A stretch of 16,738 nucleotides of DNA from Candidatus Cryosericum sp. Lineage in GTDB: Bacteria; Caldisericota; Caldisericia; Cryosericales; Cryosericaceae. The notes beneath the pieces are model-generated. The model was not told where the DNA came from. It saw only the letters and a list, made by a program, of their open reading frames with translations, and made no database searches. Location of the stretch: assembly GCA_049699855.1 (NCBI GenBank), contig JBNAWM010000024.1, forward strand, positions 1 through 16,738, written 5' to 3'. A program made the position numbers and the translations under genes. Shown piece after piece: positions 6,889 to 15,003 of the stretch (its first letter is position 1; every line of letters begins with the position of its first letter).

Positions 6889-6960
6889 GGCGTGTGATAG
6901 CGCCAAACGTTATCACATGCCCTCCTTCGCAGGGGCCCCGTCTGGGGCCCCTCGCTTTTT
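6889..6960 (+). ncRNA. Candidate ~70-nt small RNA (hairpin, CCCUCCUU linker, terminator)
   Basis: Lies between a consensus promoter and an intrinsic terminator; 14-bp stem 6889-6902/6908-6921 with G-U pairs on the + strand; no credible ORF. Confidence 0.65.
6929..6960 (+). terminator. Intrinsic terminator shared by the helicase and the candidate sRNA
   Basis: AGGGGCCCC-GTCT-GGGGCCCCT-CGC-TTTTT. Confidence 0.85.
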
Positions 6961-6986
6961 ATAGCCCATGTCTCAGACCCTTGTGA

Positions 6987-7703
6987 CTACTCGCGTGCAA
7001 CCTGGCCAAGCGTTGGCACATCTGCGAGGACAAACTCCGCGTGGCTGATGGCCCCGATCATGAATTCAGACTCCTTCGCGATACGTGCCTGGTCACCAAC
7101 TTCGAAACTGATACCGTTGATCGTCAGGGCTCCGTGCGTAACATACACAAAGGCACTGCGGTCCGGCATCATCGGACAGTCTATCATCCGGTATGCGTCC
7201 AGCGATCCAATGTACACGGTGGCGTCCGCATTCATGGGCACCGCCTGCTGTTTTCCCTGTCCCGATGCAATGGCAACCAGCTCGTTGAACGGGCGCTGCC
7301 ACGGAGCACCCTCAACGTGCGAGGGAACCCGGCCGCGCTCACGGGGAAAAATACCCATCTGGAGCAGATGTACCTGTTCAGCAAACTCATTGATCTCCTC
7401 ATGGCGAATACCGGTCCCCGCCGAGAGCACCTGCACGGTCCCGGACCGAAGGCGTATGGAGGGCTGTCCCTCCTGGCGCTGGCGCAGTTCCCCGGTCAGG
7501 AGCAGGGTAACGACCTCGATTTCGTCATGGTAATGAAGGGGGAAGGAGCCTCCCGGATAGAGGAGATCGTCATTGAAGAAGCGGAGGCCGCCCCAGCGCA
7601 CGTTGTCAGGCTCGAAGTAATCGCCATACGAAAACAGCAGGTAGCTCTCGCGCCGTGGCGAGGCAGCCAGGTATCTCTTCTGCGAGGCGACGCGGCGAAT
7701 CAT
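6987..7703 (-). CDS. Pirin family protein (YhhW-like bicupin)
   Basis: WGGLRFFNDD, FPLHYH, EVVT and SAGTGIRHEE, carrying the His/His/His/Glu metal ligands. Confidence 0.9.
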   Translation of the reverse strand: MIRRVASQKRYLAASPRRESYLLFSYGDYFEPDNVRWGGLRFFNDDLLYPGGSFPLHYHDEIEVVTLLLTGELRQRQEGQPSIRLRSGTVQVLSAGTGIRHEEINEFAEQVHLLQMGIFPRERGRVPSHVEGAPWQRPFNELVAIASGQGKQQAVPMNADATVYIGSLDAYRMIDCPMMPDRSAFVYVTHGALTINGISFEVGDQARIAKESEFMIGAISHAEFVLADVPTLGQVARE

Positions 7704-8725
7704 CGAGCTTCACCGTGCAGCTCGTCACCGCAAGAGATCTCACCTGCATCGATCAGTTCCAGAAACGTCCTGCCGATGACAGGATCGAACTGTTTTCCGA
7801 GAAGGTCCGCGATCTCGCGTCGGGTCTCCGCCAGACCAAGAGAGTCCCGATAGGGGCGCTGGGACGTCATGGCGTCAAAGGTGTCGGCCAATGCCAGGAT
7901 CCGCGATCCAATCGGGATTGCCTCACCGGACAGACCATCCGGGTACCCACCTCCATCCCATCGCTCGTGATGACCACGGATGATGGTTGCAACATTGCGC
8001 AGTTGTCCGATAGGCCGCAGGATGCTCTCGCCCACCACAGGATGCGTATCCATGAGGACGACCTCCTCCGCCGTCAGCCTTGATGGTTTGTCCAGCAGGC
8101 GATCCGGAATGGCAACCTTGCCAATGTCGTGCAAGCGCGCGGCAAGCTGAACTTCGGCGACATCCACCGCGCGGGGCAGAACGCGGCTGCCGATTCTGCC
8201 CGCCATCAGTGCCACGCGAAGCGAATGGCCGCAGGTGTAGCGATCCCTCGCCTCCAGGGCGTCCACCAGCGTCATCATGCCATCGACAAACCGCTCTTGC
8301 AGAGCCCCCTGCAGATCTGCCACCTGCTGCTGGAGTCCCGAGATGTGTGCTTCATGACGGGCGGCCTGGACTTCGCGTTCGGTCACATCGCGCGACCGTA
8401 TGACGGTCCCCGCATACTCGTCGCCGGGGGTCCTGACAGGAGCAAACTCGTATTCGTAGATTCTGCCAGATGACGGATCGCCCTCCACAATGGAAAACTG
8501 CGGCGCCGTTCCAGCACGCAACTTCTCCAGTCCACGCTCGATGTCTTCTGCCGCCTGCCCTCGGAACAGCGTGAGGAGCGTACCCTCTCCACCTGACCGC
8601 GCTCCACTGATCATACGTGCTTGAGCGTTGTGGGCAACGACGCGGTTGGAGGCATCGGCCACGACAACGCCGTCCGGCAGCTGGTCGACCGCAAGACGTA
8701 TCAACTCGCTTTCGTCAAGAAACAT
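7700..8725 (-). CDS. PAS-like domain plus HD-GYP phosphodiesterase
   Basis: Start moved to ATG 8725 behind AAGGAGG. N-terminal PAS-like region (DQLPDGVVVAD...RDVTER), predicted coiled linker, then TCGHS, LHDIGK, HHERWDGGGYP and RPYR. Confidence 0.92.
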   Translation of the reverse strand: MFLDESELIRLAVDQLPDGVVVADASNRVVAHNAQARMISGARSGGEGTLLTLFRGQAAEDIERGLEKLRAGTAPQFSIVEGDPSSGRIYEYEFAPVRTPGDEYAGTVIRSRDVTEREVQAARHEAHISGLQQQVADLQGALQERFVDGMMTLVDALEARDRYTCGHSLRVALMAGRIGSRVLPRAVDVAEVQLAARLHDIGKVAIPDRLLDKPSRLTAEEVVLMDTHPVVGESILRPIGQLRNVATIIRGHHERWDGGGYPDGLSGEAIPIGSRILALADTFDAMTSQRPYRDSLGLAETRREIADLLGKQFDPVIGRTFLELIDAGEISCGDELHGEAR

Positions 8726-8837
8726 GCGCGCCTCCTTGGTACCGCACAGGATACCGTTCCAGCTCAGTCTAGCGCGTTTCGCTGTCAAGTAAATCGCAGT
8801 GCGCCAAGAAAGGGAGGGGGGTAGATGAGGGGAAATG

Positions 8838-8865
8838 AAAAGGCGGGAGGATTACGCCTCCCGCC
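8838..8865 (-). terminator. Intrinsic terminator upstream of the HD-GYP gene
   Basis: Minus strand GGCGGGAGG-CGTAAT-CCTCCCGCC-TTTT; no credible minus-strand CDS upstream of it. Confidence 0.75.
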
Positions 8866-8923
8866 AAAGTACTACATCGGTTGGAGAAAGAAAGTCGGAA
8901 CCTTCTCGTCTAACACGCGGATT

Positions 8924-8951
8924 ATTGTACTGAAGTCGCCTTGAGAAACAA
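8924..8951 (-). promoter_or_regulatory. Candidate sigma70 promoter
   Basis: TTGTTT (8951-8946)-16-TACAAT (8929-8924). Confidence 0.5.
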
Positions 8952-9135
8952 GCCCCGTGTGTGCACATGGCATTCACATTTCGCACTGCTGGCGCAAAAG
9001 GGCAACGCATGCGCAACCACAGCCTCTATTCGGTTGCAAAACTCGCCAGGCCGCCTATCATACATAGATACAGTTGTGCTGCCATGGAGACAGACAGATG
9101 CCGATGCATGCGGGCAGTTATGAGGAGAGCCAGAC

Positions 9136-9906
9136 ATGGAACTACGCGGAACGCTAAGCGATTTCTCACTGGAAGCCATTCTTGGATTGATTCAAAGTGG
9201 ACACAAGACGGGGGTTCTCCATCTGGAGGTGGTGACTCCCCTTGGTGCGACCCGCACCATCGCCCTGTCGTTTCACAACGGTGAGATCTCCTCCGCCGAA
9301 TGTGGCTCCACCCAAGGCCTTGCCGCCATCCGCGAAGCGGCCATCTGTACCGAGGGCGCGTTTGAGTTCACCGTTGATGGAACGTTGCCAGCGTCGGAAG
9401 AGACCACTGCGCTCGCCATGGATGCCGTGCTTGCAACCCTCACCGAAGCGCGTGAGGCACTTTCTTCTCTTGGAGCAACCCTCCCAAAGGGAACTACTCT
9501 GAAGTATGCCATCCCTGCCGATGAGACCATTCACCTGAGCGCCGAGGAATTCAATCTGCTGGCGGTCATGCACGACGCCGAGCCTGTCGAGGAGCTGGTC
9601 GCCGCCGCTCCCATGCCGACGGCTGATGCGATGCGTATCATCGATCAGCTCCTGGACCGCGGCCTGCTAGCCATCGGTGCCGCCGTGCCCGTCATCGGCC
9701 AGATGGACTGGGCCGGAGCTCTTTCCCTGGCCGAGCAAGTCGGCGGAAAGATGGGTGCCGACATCTTCTCTCGCTTCTTCCGGCCAGGAACGCCCGTTTC
9801 AGAGTGGCAACGGGCTCTGCCAGAATTCCGATCGGCTTTTCAGAGTCTGGTTGGACCCGACAAGGCCAGCGAGGTGGTCGCCGGTCTGCGCGAACTGACC
9901 GGCTGA
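9136..9906 (+). CDS. DUF4388 (PATAN-like) domain protein
   Basis: LRGTLSDFSLEAILGLIQSGHKTGVLHL...FHNGEI...GAFEF N-terminal domain, then a wHTH-like segment (LSAEEFNLL...LLDRGLL); RBS GAGGAG. Confidence 0.82.
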   Translation: MELRGTLSDFSLEAILGLIQSGHKTGVLHLEVVTPLGATRTIALSFHNGEISSAECGSTQGLAAIREAAICTEGAFEFTVDGTLPASEETTALAMDAVLATLTEAREALSSLGATLPKGTTLKYAIPADETIHLSAEEFNLLAVMHDAEPVEELVAAAPMPTADAMRIIDQLLDRGLLAIGAAVPVIGQMDWAGALSLAEQVGGKMGADIFSRFFRPGTPVSEWQRALPEFRSAFQSLVGPDKASEVVAGLRELTG

Positions 9907-10017
9907 CGTACGCCGGAATGCCTGCAAAGCGCTCCACATAGCCATTCGCGGTCCTGCCGCTGGTGCATCCCGCATAAGATGTGCGGGTACCCACAATCCG
10001 AAAGGCAGGAGGCACAC

Positions 10018-10206
10018 ATGACCGTTCAGGAACAGCCCGGAACGATTCGCATCACCTTCGTCAGCAAGAAGGGCGAAACGCTTTCCAACATCAACCCGGC
10101 CGCCACAGACGCCGACGCGTACACATGCGCCGAAGCCCTCATGGCACTGCTGACCGAGCAGACGTCCACCATCGTTCGCAACAGACGCTCCAGTTTCGCG
10201 GAGTAA
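10018..10206 (+). CDS. DUF1659-like small protein
   Basis: ATG 10018 behind AGGAGG; TLSNINPAATDADAY..AEAL pattern; adjacent to a DUF2922-like gene. Confidence 0.72.
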   Translation: MTVQEQPGTIRITFVSKKGETLSNINPAATDADAYTCAEALMALLTEQTSTIVRNRRSSFAE

Positions 10207-10217
10207 GGAGGTAACCT

Positions 10218-10448
10218 ATGGCTACTACGCAGACCACGGTTCTTCGTCTCGTCTTTGACACCGAAACGCCCGGCAAGACCACCACGATGGAATTCAACAG
10301 CCCCCGCTCCGACCTGACCGAAGCTCTCATCCGCCCGGTGATGCAGAGTTTCATCGATGCTCATCTCGTCAGCGGACCAAATGGCCTTGTCACTGGCGTC
10401 CACAGTGCCGGTATCGTCTCCCGGCTCGTCACAGACGTCATCGCCTAG
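10218..10448 (+). CDS. DUF2922-like small protein
   Basis: RBS AAGGAGG; LRLVFDT..GKTTTM...PRSDLT...I..VM..FI pattern. Confidence 0.78.
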   Translation: MATTQTTVLRLVFDTETPGKTTTMEFNSPRSDLTEALIRPVMQSFIDAHLVSGPNGLVTGVHSAGIVSRLVTDVIA

Positions 10449-10477
10449 CAGTCTGTTTGATCGCAGTACCCATCAGC

Positions 10478-10510
10478 AAAAAGGGGACGGCCGCGGCCGT
10501 CCCCTTTTTT
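10478..10510. terminator. Bidirectional intrinsic terminator
   Basis: AAAAA-GGGGACGGCC-GC-GGCCGTCCCC-TTTTTT between convergent genes. Confidence 0.9.
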
Positions 10511-10526
10511 ATTGGATGAACGAGAT

Positions 10527-11594
10527 CTATTCCTTGACGTTGACCCCGGCGCGCAGCGCCACGTCCGCCGCAACAACTCCTTTGGCCACCAGCTCCTTCA
10601 CGCAGCGCTCCATAGTCATCATGCCAAGGGCGCCTCCGGTTTGCATCATCGATGCGATCTGATAGGACTTGTTCTCGCGGATCAGGTTGCGGACTGCCGG
10701 CGTTGCTATCAGGACTTCGGTGGCCACCACCAGCCCATTGCCATCCTTACGCGGCAGAAGCTGCTGTGTCACGATCGCTGACAGGACATTTGCCAGCTGA
10801 ACGCGGATCTGCCCCTGCTGGCCGGCAGGAAAGACGTCTATGATACGGTCGATGGACTGCGGCGCCGAGTTCGTGTGCAGGGTGCCAAACACCAGGTGCC
10901 CCGTCTCCGCTGCCGTGAGAGCTGCCGCAATGGTCTCGAGATCACGCAGTTCACCCACCAGGATGATGTCGGGATCCTCACGCAGGACTGCGCGCAGGGC
11001 ATGGGCAAATGACTCCGTGTCCTCCCCCAGCTCACGCTGAACCACGATGCCCTTGCGGTGTTGAAACAGGAACTCAACGGGGTCCTCAACCGTCACCGTG
11101 TGCACATCGCGTTCCTGGTTGATCTTGTCGATCATCGCCGCCAGGGTCGTCGACTTGCCGTGTCCCGTCGGTCCCGTCACCAGCACAAAGCCCTTTTCCA
11201 GTTTGGTAAGGTCCTTCACCGAATCCGGCAGGCCGAGCGAATCGAGGTCCGGGATGATGAAGGGAATGCGACGCATCGTTACAGCCATGGAGCCTCGCTG
11301 TCGGAACACGTTTACGCGGAATCGAGCAAGACCCTTGACCGAGTACGAGAAGTCAAAGTCGAGGTGCTGTTTGAACACCGCCTTCTGGTCGTCGTTCATG
11401 ATCGGATACACCAGCGCCTCAATGCCACTTCCCGTCATCATCTCCGTGCCAATGGGCACAAGATGCTTGTGCAGTCGAAGCATCGGCGGAGTGCCGGCCT
11501 GCAGGTGCAGGTCTGACGCACCCCGGTCCACAACAATCCGCAGAATATCATCCAGACCCCGTATTTCTATGGGCCCCTTGGTAAACTCGTCCAT
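10527..11594 (-). CDS. pilT: Type IV pilus retraction ATPase PilT
   Basis: ASDLHL, Walker A GPTGHGKSTT, TVEDPVE, ILVGELRD, TGHLVFGTLHT, AVRNLIRE. Start ATG 11594 behind GGGGAGG; alternative in-frame ATG at 11672. Confidence 0.95.
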   Translation of the reverse strand: MDEFTKGPIEIRGLDDILRIVVDRGASDLHLQAGTPPMLRLHKHLVPIGTEMMTGSGIEALVYPIMNDDQKAVFKQHLDFDFSYSVKGLARFRVNVFRQRGSMAVTMRRIPFIIPDLDSLGLPDSVKDLTKLEKGFVLVTGPTGHGKSTTLAAMIDKINQERDVHTVTVEDPVEFLFQHRKGIVVQRELGEDTESFAHALRAVLREDPDIILVGELRDLETIAAALTAAETGHLVFGTLHTNSAPQSIDRIIDVFPAGQQGQIRVQLANVLSAIVTQQLLPRKDGNGLVVATEVLIATPAVRNLIRENKSYQIASMMQTGGALGMMTMERCVKELVAKGVVAADVALRAGVNVKE

Positions 11595-11641
11595 TCGTGC
11601 CTCCCCGTCACCGGCTGGTCTGTGGTACACAAACCGATCAT

Positions 11642-11650
11642 AGTATAGCA
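11642..11650 (-). promoter_or_regulatory. Extended -10 candidate promoter for pilT
   Basis: TGcTATACT on the minus strand about 50 bp upstream of ATG 11594; no clear -35. Confidence 0.45.
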
Positions 11651-11717
11651 GCAGGCTACAATCTTCCGCCATGTATCCTCCTGGGCATCTCCAGAACAAG
11701 CGTGCACCGATGCGCGA

Positions 11718-11746
11718 TTGACAAAGAGGCAGCGAGGCGGTAGCAT
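11718..11746 (+). promoter_or_regulatory. Sigma70 promoter
   Basis: TTGACA (11718-11723)-17-TAGCAT (11741-11746). Confidence 0.7.
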
Positions 11747-11789
11747 GAACAGACATGCGTTTACTCCACAAGCCCCTGGGAGGCCTGGT

Positions 11790-12767
11790 ATGAATATCAA
11801 CTCACGCATCTGGGAAAACAGTATTGCCGATCTGCCGAAGGGCGACCAGCAGGCGGAGCAGTTTGAGCACTATGCCCGTGAGTTCTTCATTCCGGACAGC
11901 ATTGCCCCAGCCATCTATCTTGCCAACGTCGCCGCATTGATTCAACAGTCAGATGAGGTCACCCCCGGTGTCGAACCGACACCGTCAGCAACACGACTGG
12001 CCCGGCTGGTTGAACGCCCGGAGGGATTTCCTGTCTGGTTTCTTGCAGCATATCCAGACGTAGCCCTGTGGTTCTCGTCACGGGAAGGCGCTGAGCGGAC
12101 AAGTCTGGATGCCGAGGTCACCAGGAGATCGGCGGCCGAAGGCGCGTCGATCAGCCACATGATGGATGAACAGGGGTTCTTTGGGCATGCCATCTTGCGA
12201 ACGATTGTTGACCTGTACCGCGAACAGACGGGCCTCGAGCTGGAAAGCGCCGCCTCAGGTGCTGACCTTCAGGAGGAGGGTGCGACGGGCGCTGAGGCTG
12301 AGCAGGCACTGACCGCTCAGCAGGCTGTCGATCTGATGGCAGCCAGCATCACCCGATACGAACGCGAACTCGCCATCAGCTATGGAGACCGTTTTCCCGA
12401 CCTGCAGCCACGGCTGACAGCCGCAGGGTTACTTCAGCTCGGCTACTACGTCCTGGTCGACCACGCCATCCCCATTGCCGCGCTTATCCACGCAGCCGAA
12501 GTGTCAGTGCTGGCCGAGGATCCGGTCGTCGAGTTTGTCGAGCGGCTTGATGTCGAGGTATTCTGTGCCGAGGGCGGCAAAACAGCCGACCGGAAAAAGG
12601 TCGAAGAGGCATGCCATCTCCTCAGGTCCCGCATCCTTGATGTCGTCTTGCAGACCCGGGCTGATTTCGAGCAGGCTCCCTCACTGGCACAGGCCACCCG
12701 GAATTTCATGGAGCAGCCTGATTTTGAGCCGCTCCGGCAGGCCATCGGGATTCTCCCTCCCGCCTGA
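11790..12767 (+). CDS. Hypothetical acidic, helix-rich soluble protein
   Basis: Long ORF; ATG 11790 behind GGGAGG and downstream of the promoter; no recognisable motif. Confidence 0.75.
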   Translation: MNINSRIWENSIADLPKGDQQAEQFEHYAREFFIPDSIAPAIYLANVAALIQQSDEVTPGVEPTPSATRLARLVERPEGFPVWFLAAYPDVALWFSSREGAERTSLDAEVTRRSAAEGASISHMMDEQGFFGHAILRTIVDLYREQTGLELESAASGADLQEEGATGAEAEQALTAQQAVDLMAASITRYERELAISYGDRFPDLQPRLTAAGLLQLGYYVLVDHAIPIAALIHAAEVSVLAEDPVVEFVERLDVEVFCAEGGKTADRKKVEEACHLLRSRILDVVLQTRADFEQAPSLAQATRNFMEQPDFEPLRQAIGILPPA

Positions 12768-12796
12768 CGCAGCGTTCGAGCCCGCCGGCCTCCTGC

Positions 12797-13162
12797 CTAT
12801 GGTCCGACGGGCGGCAGAGATTCCGGCTCCACCAAGCCCCAGGCCTCAGTCACGGGGACGACAAACATGATGCCCACGCCCTTCTGCGTCATGTCGCCGA
12901 CAGCGCCCAGCACGATCTTCTTGGCGCGCTCCAAGGTCTCGGCATTGCTGATGACCGAAAAGATCGTTCTGCTGCTCTCCTGAACGGGCGCGCCACCCAG
13001 CAGGCGTGCGATGCCGGCCACGATGGGGATATCGGCCGCCAGCATCTGGCCCATGCCCCGGCTGTCGATCACCGTTGCACCACCTATGTCGATGGCGGTG
13101 AAGCCCTCAAGAACCTTTCGCACATGTGCATCACTGTTCAGCACAGCAACCAGCAGGAACAT
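12797..13162 (-). CDS. PII-like (GlnB superfamily) signalling protein
   Basis: GATVIDSRGMG and GVGIMFVVPV match the PII fold; RBS GGGAGG; lacks the canonical GlnB T-loop YRG motif. Confidence 0.75.
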   Translation of the reverse strand: MFLLVAVLNSDAHVRKVLEGFTAIDIGGATVIDSRGMGQMLAADIPIVAGIARLLGGAPVQESSRTIFSVISNAETLERAKKIVLGAVGDMTQKGVGIMFVVPVTEAWGLVEPESLPPVGP

Positions 13163-13294
13163 GGGTGCCTCCCGAGAATTGATTCCTACAACATCAGTGT
13201 GACGGAGGATGTTTCCCTGTCAACTGCTGCACTGACGACATGGCCTGTGGGACCCTTTTCATCGGTCTTCGACAGTCGTGACTTCGCTCCATGG

Positions 13295-13466
13295 GATCAA
13301 GCGTTACCAAGGAGAACTGTTACCATGCAATATGTTTCGGAAGCAGTCCAGCCCGGCTACAAATCCATCCGAAAAGCGTCGAGAACAAGTGTGCCTCAGG
13401 AAGATGGGTTGGCAAGTGTCTGACTCTTGCGACGGAAGCTGACACTGCACATAGTAACGCTTGACC
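13295..13466. repeat. Inverted-repeat-bounded ~170-bp element
   Basis: GATCAAGCGTTACCA (13295-13309) versus TAGTAACGCTTGACC (13452-13466): 11-bp perfect core, 13/15 overall. Confidence 0.6.
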
Positions 13467-13571
13467 TTATGAGATCAGACTTGAGCAACTAAAGACTACA
13501 TCAGACATCGTTCATCCTCGTATTCGCTGCAGCAGCACGACTAAAACGACGAACAGGCAGATTCACAATAG

Positions 13572-13606
13572 ACGAGCACTCCGGCATGAACCCCCGGAGC
13601 GCTTGT
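13572..13606 (-). terminator. Probable terminator hairpin after the lipoprotein gene
   Basis: Minus strand ACAAGCGCTCCGG...CCGGAGTGCTCGT stem about 30 bp after the stop; weak U tract. Confidence 0.55.
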
Positions 13607-13638
13607 GTATCAGCAGCTATTTATCCGTATAGATAATG

Positions 13639-14997
13639 CTACTTCGGCTCCAGAATTTGGAGCATGGTGATGCCCTTTGGTTCTGATGGCTCACGCTTCC
13701 CGGAAAAGTAATCCAGACCATACTTCCAGATTCCAAAACGTGTTGCACTCTTGAAGGCAAAGACGACGATGCCGCCAACGTTGTAAAACTTGTTCTCCTT
13801 GAAAGAGAAGAAGAGCTTCTGTGGTCCTTCTGTTCCGTACATGATGCCGGACGTCAGGAGGGTCAAATCATGAAGGCGACCGATCGACTCATTCCACGGG
13901 ACACGAGCAACGACACGCAGGGTGTGCTCCGATGGGGTGAACAACCACAGGTCTGCATAGGGTGAGTCTGTTGGTGATTCCCATGGCCGGTCGAGCATGG
14001 ATGCCGTTGAGCCTTCATGAATCAATAAGATATGCTTGCCATCTGCCCAGCTGGCAGACAGCGGGCTATCTGCGATGAATGTCTCCAGTGTTCCTGATAC
14101 GAGATCCACGCGAATCAGACTGACGCTGCCCGTTCGGTTCCCCTGTGGCGTCAACCCTGTTGCCTTCTCCTGGCGAATCCACAGACCACTTCCCTCCTGC
14201 ATCAGTGGTAACCAGTTAACGTCCTGAGCAGTAGCAACCACGCGTGCCTGACCCGTTGGTAACTTGCATTGCAAAAGGACAGCAAGGTGTGGCCCGCTCC
14301 ACCCCCCGGTAGTAACGACCGTAAAGGCTGTTCCGTCATCGTCGAGCAGTATCCAGTTAATGTCATCCAATACCTGCTGCGATGGATCTTTATCGCTATT
14401 AGGGAGACGAGGCAAGCGCTCTGAATCTCCCCACTGAAACGACCTTCCCGTTGCAAGGTCATATGCCCACAAAGCGACCGTCTTATGCCCGTTAGCGGCC
14501 TTCATGATGGATCCCCAGACGCAGTACTGATCCGACAGGGCAAACGGCTGGTCTCCTGATGGGCGATACTCGTTGGGACCAAAAGCATTCGAGCGTCCTA
14601 TGTCAGCGACTTTGTGCACCGTGCCATTCTCTACGCGGTACAGAGCGTGACCATCTGGATTCCCGCCAGGTTGTCCCTGACAGTCACCCAAGGCCCAGCC
14701 GGTTCCGTTCAGGTACTGGATGTAGACTCCATCAGGAACAGCGATCTCCTGCTTGACCCATGATGCCGGGTAATCCCGTTGGGTCAACTGGTACGGAACA
14801 AGGGTTGCAGGAGGATCGGGGGCGATTGCCGGCCGATCCCATTGCACCGTGATTCCATCCGGTTTCAGCTGTCGAACGAGGTCTGCAACGTAGGCTGGCT
14901 GCTGCTGCGAAACCGAGACACTGCACCCGGCGAGCAGCATACCGGTCAATGCCAGGGCTACTATGCAGCTGATGTGCCTGATCCATGGTTGATTCAT
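13639..14997 (-). CDS. Hypothetical lipoprotein, probably beta-rich/propeller-like
   Basis: Signal peptide with lipobox LLAG-C; recurring segments LWAYDLATG, LIRVDLVSG and LWLFTPSE resembling propeller blades. Confidence 0.8.
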   Translation of the reverse strand: MNQPWIRHISCIVALALTGMLLAGCSVSVSQQQPAYVADLVRQLKPDGITVQWDRPAIAPDPPATLVPYQLTQRDYPASWVKQEIAVPDGVYIQYLNGTGWALGDCQGQPGGNPDGHALYRVENGTVHKVADIGRSNAFGPNEYRPSGDQPFALSDQYCVWGSIMKAANGHKTVALWAYDLATGRSFQWGDSERLPRLPNSDKDPSQQVLDDINWILLDDDGTAFTVVTTGGWSGPHLAVLLQCKLPTGQARVVATAQDVNWLPLMQEGSGLWIRQEKATGLTPQGNRTGSVSLIRVDLVSGTLETFIADSPLSASWADGKHILLIHEGSTASMLDRPWESPTDSPYADLWLFTPSEHTLRVVARVPWNESIGRLHDLTLLTSGIMYGTEGPQKLFFSFKENKFYNVGGIVVFAFKSATRFGIWKYGLDYFSGKREPSEPKGITMLQILEPK

Positions 14998-15003
14998 ATC
15001 TGT

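Noticed and set aside
7041..7853. 270-aa + strand ORF (likewise 14779-15582 and other overlapping ORFs)
   Set aside because: Antisense to motif-bearing genes; typical of GC-rich shadows.
8812..8832. G-rich tract GGGAGGGGGGTAGATGAGGGG as a G-quadruplex
   Set aside because: Only three separate G runs; no other support.
8726..9135. Canonical c-di-GMP or preQ1 riboswitch before the HD-GYP gene
   Set aside because: No GGCAAA/GNRA-receptor architecture and no preQ1 A-rich tail found; kept only as an unknown element.
13295..13466. Retron msr-msd or intact IS
   Set aside because: No reverse transcriptase or transposase in the window.
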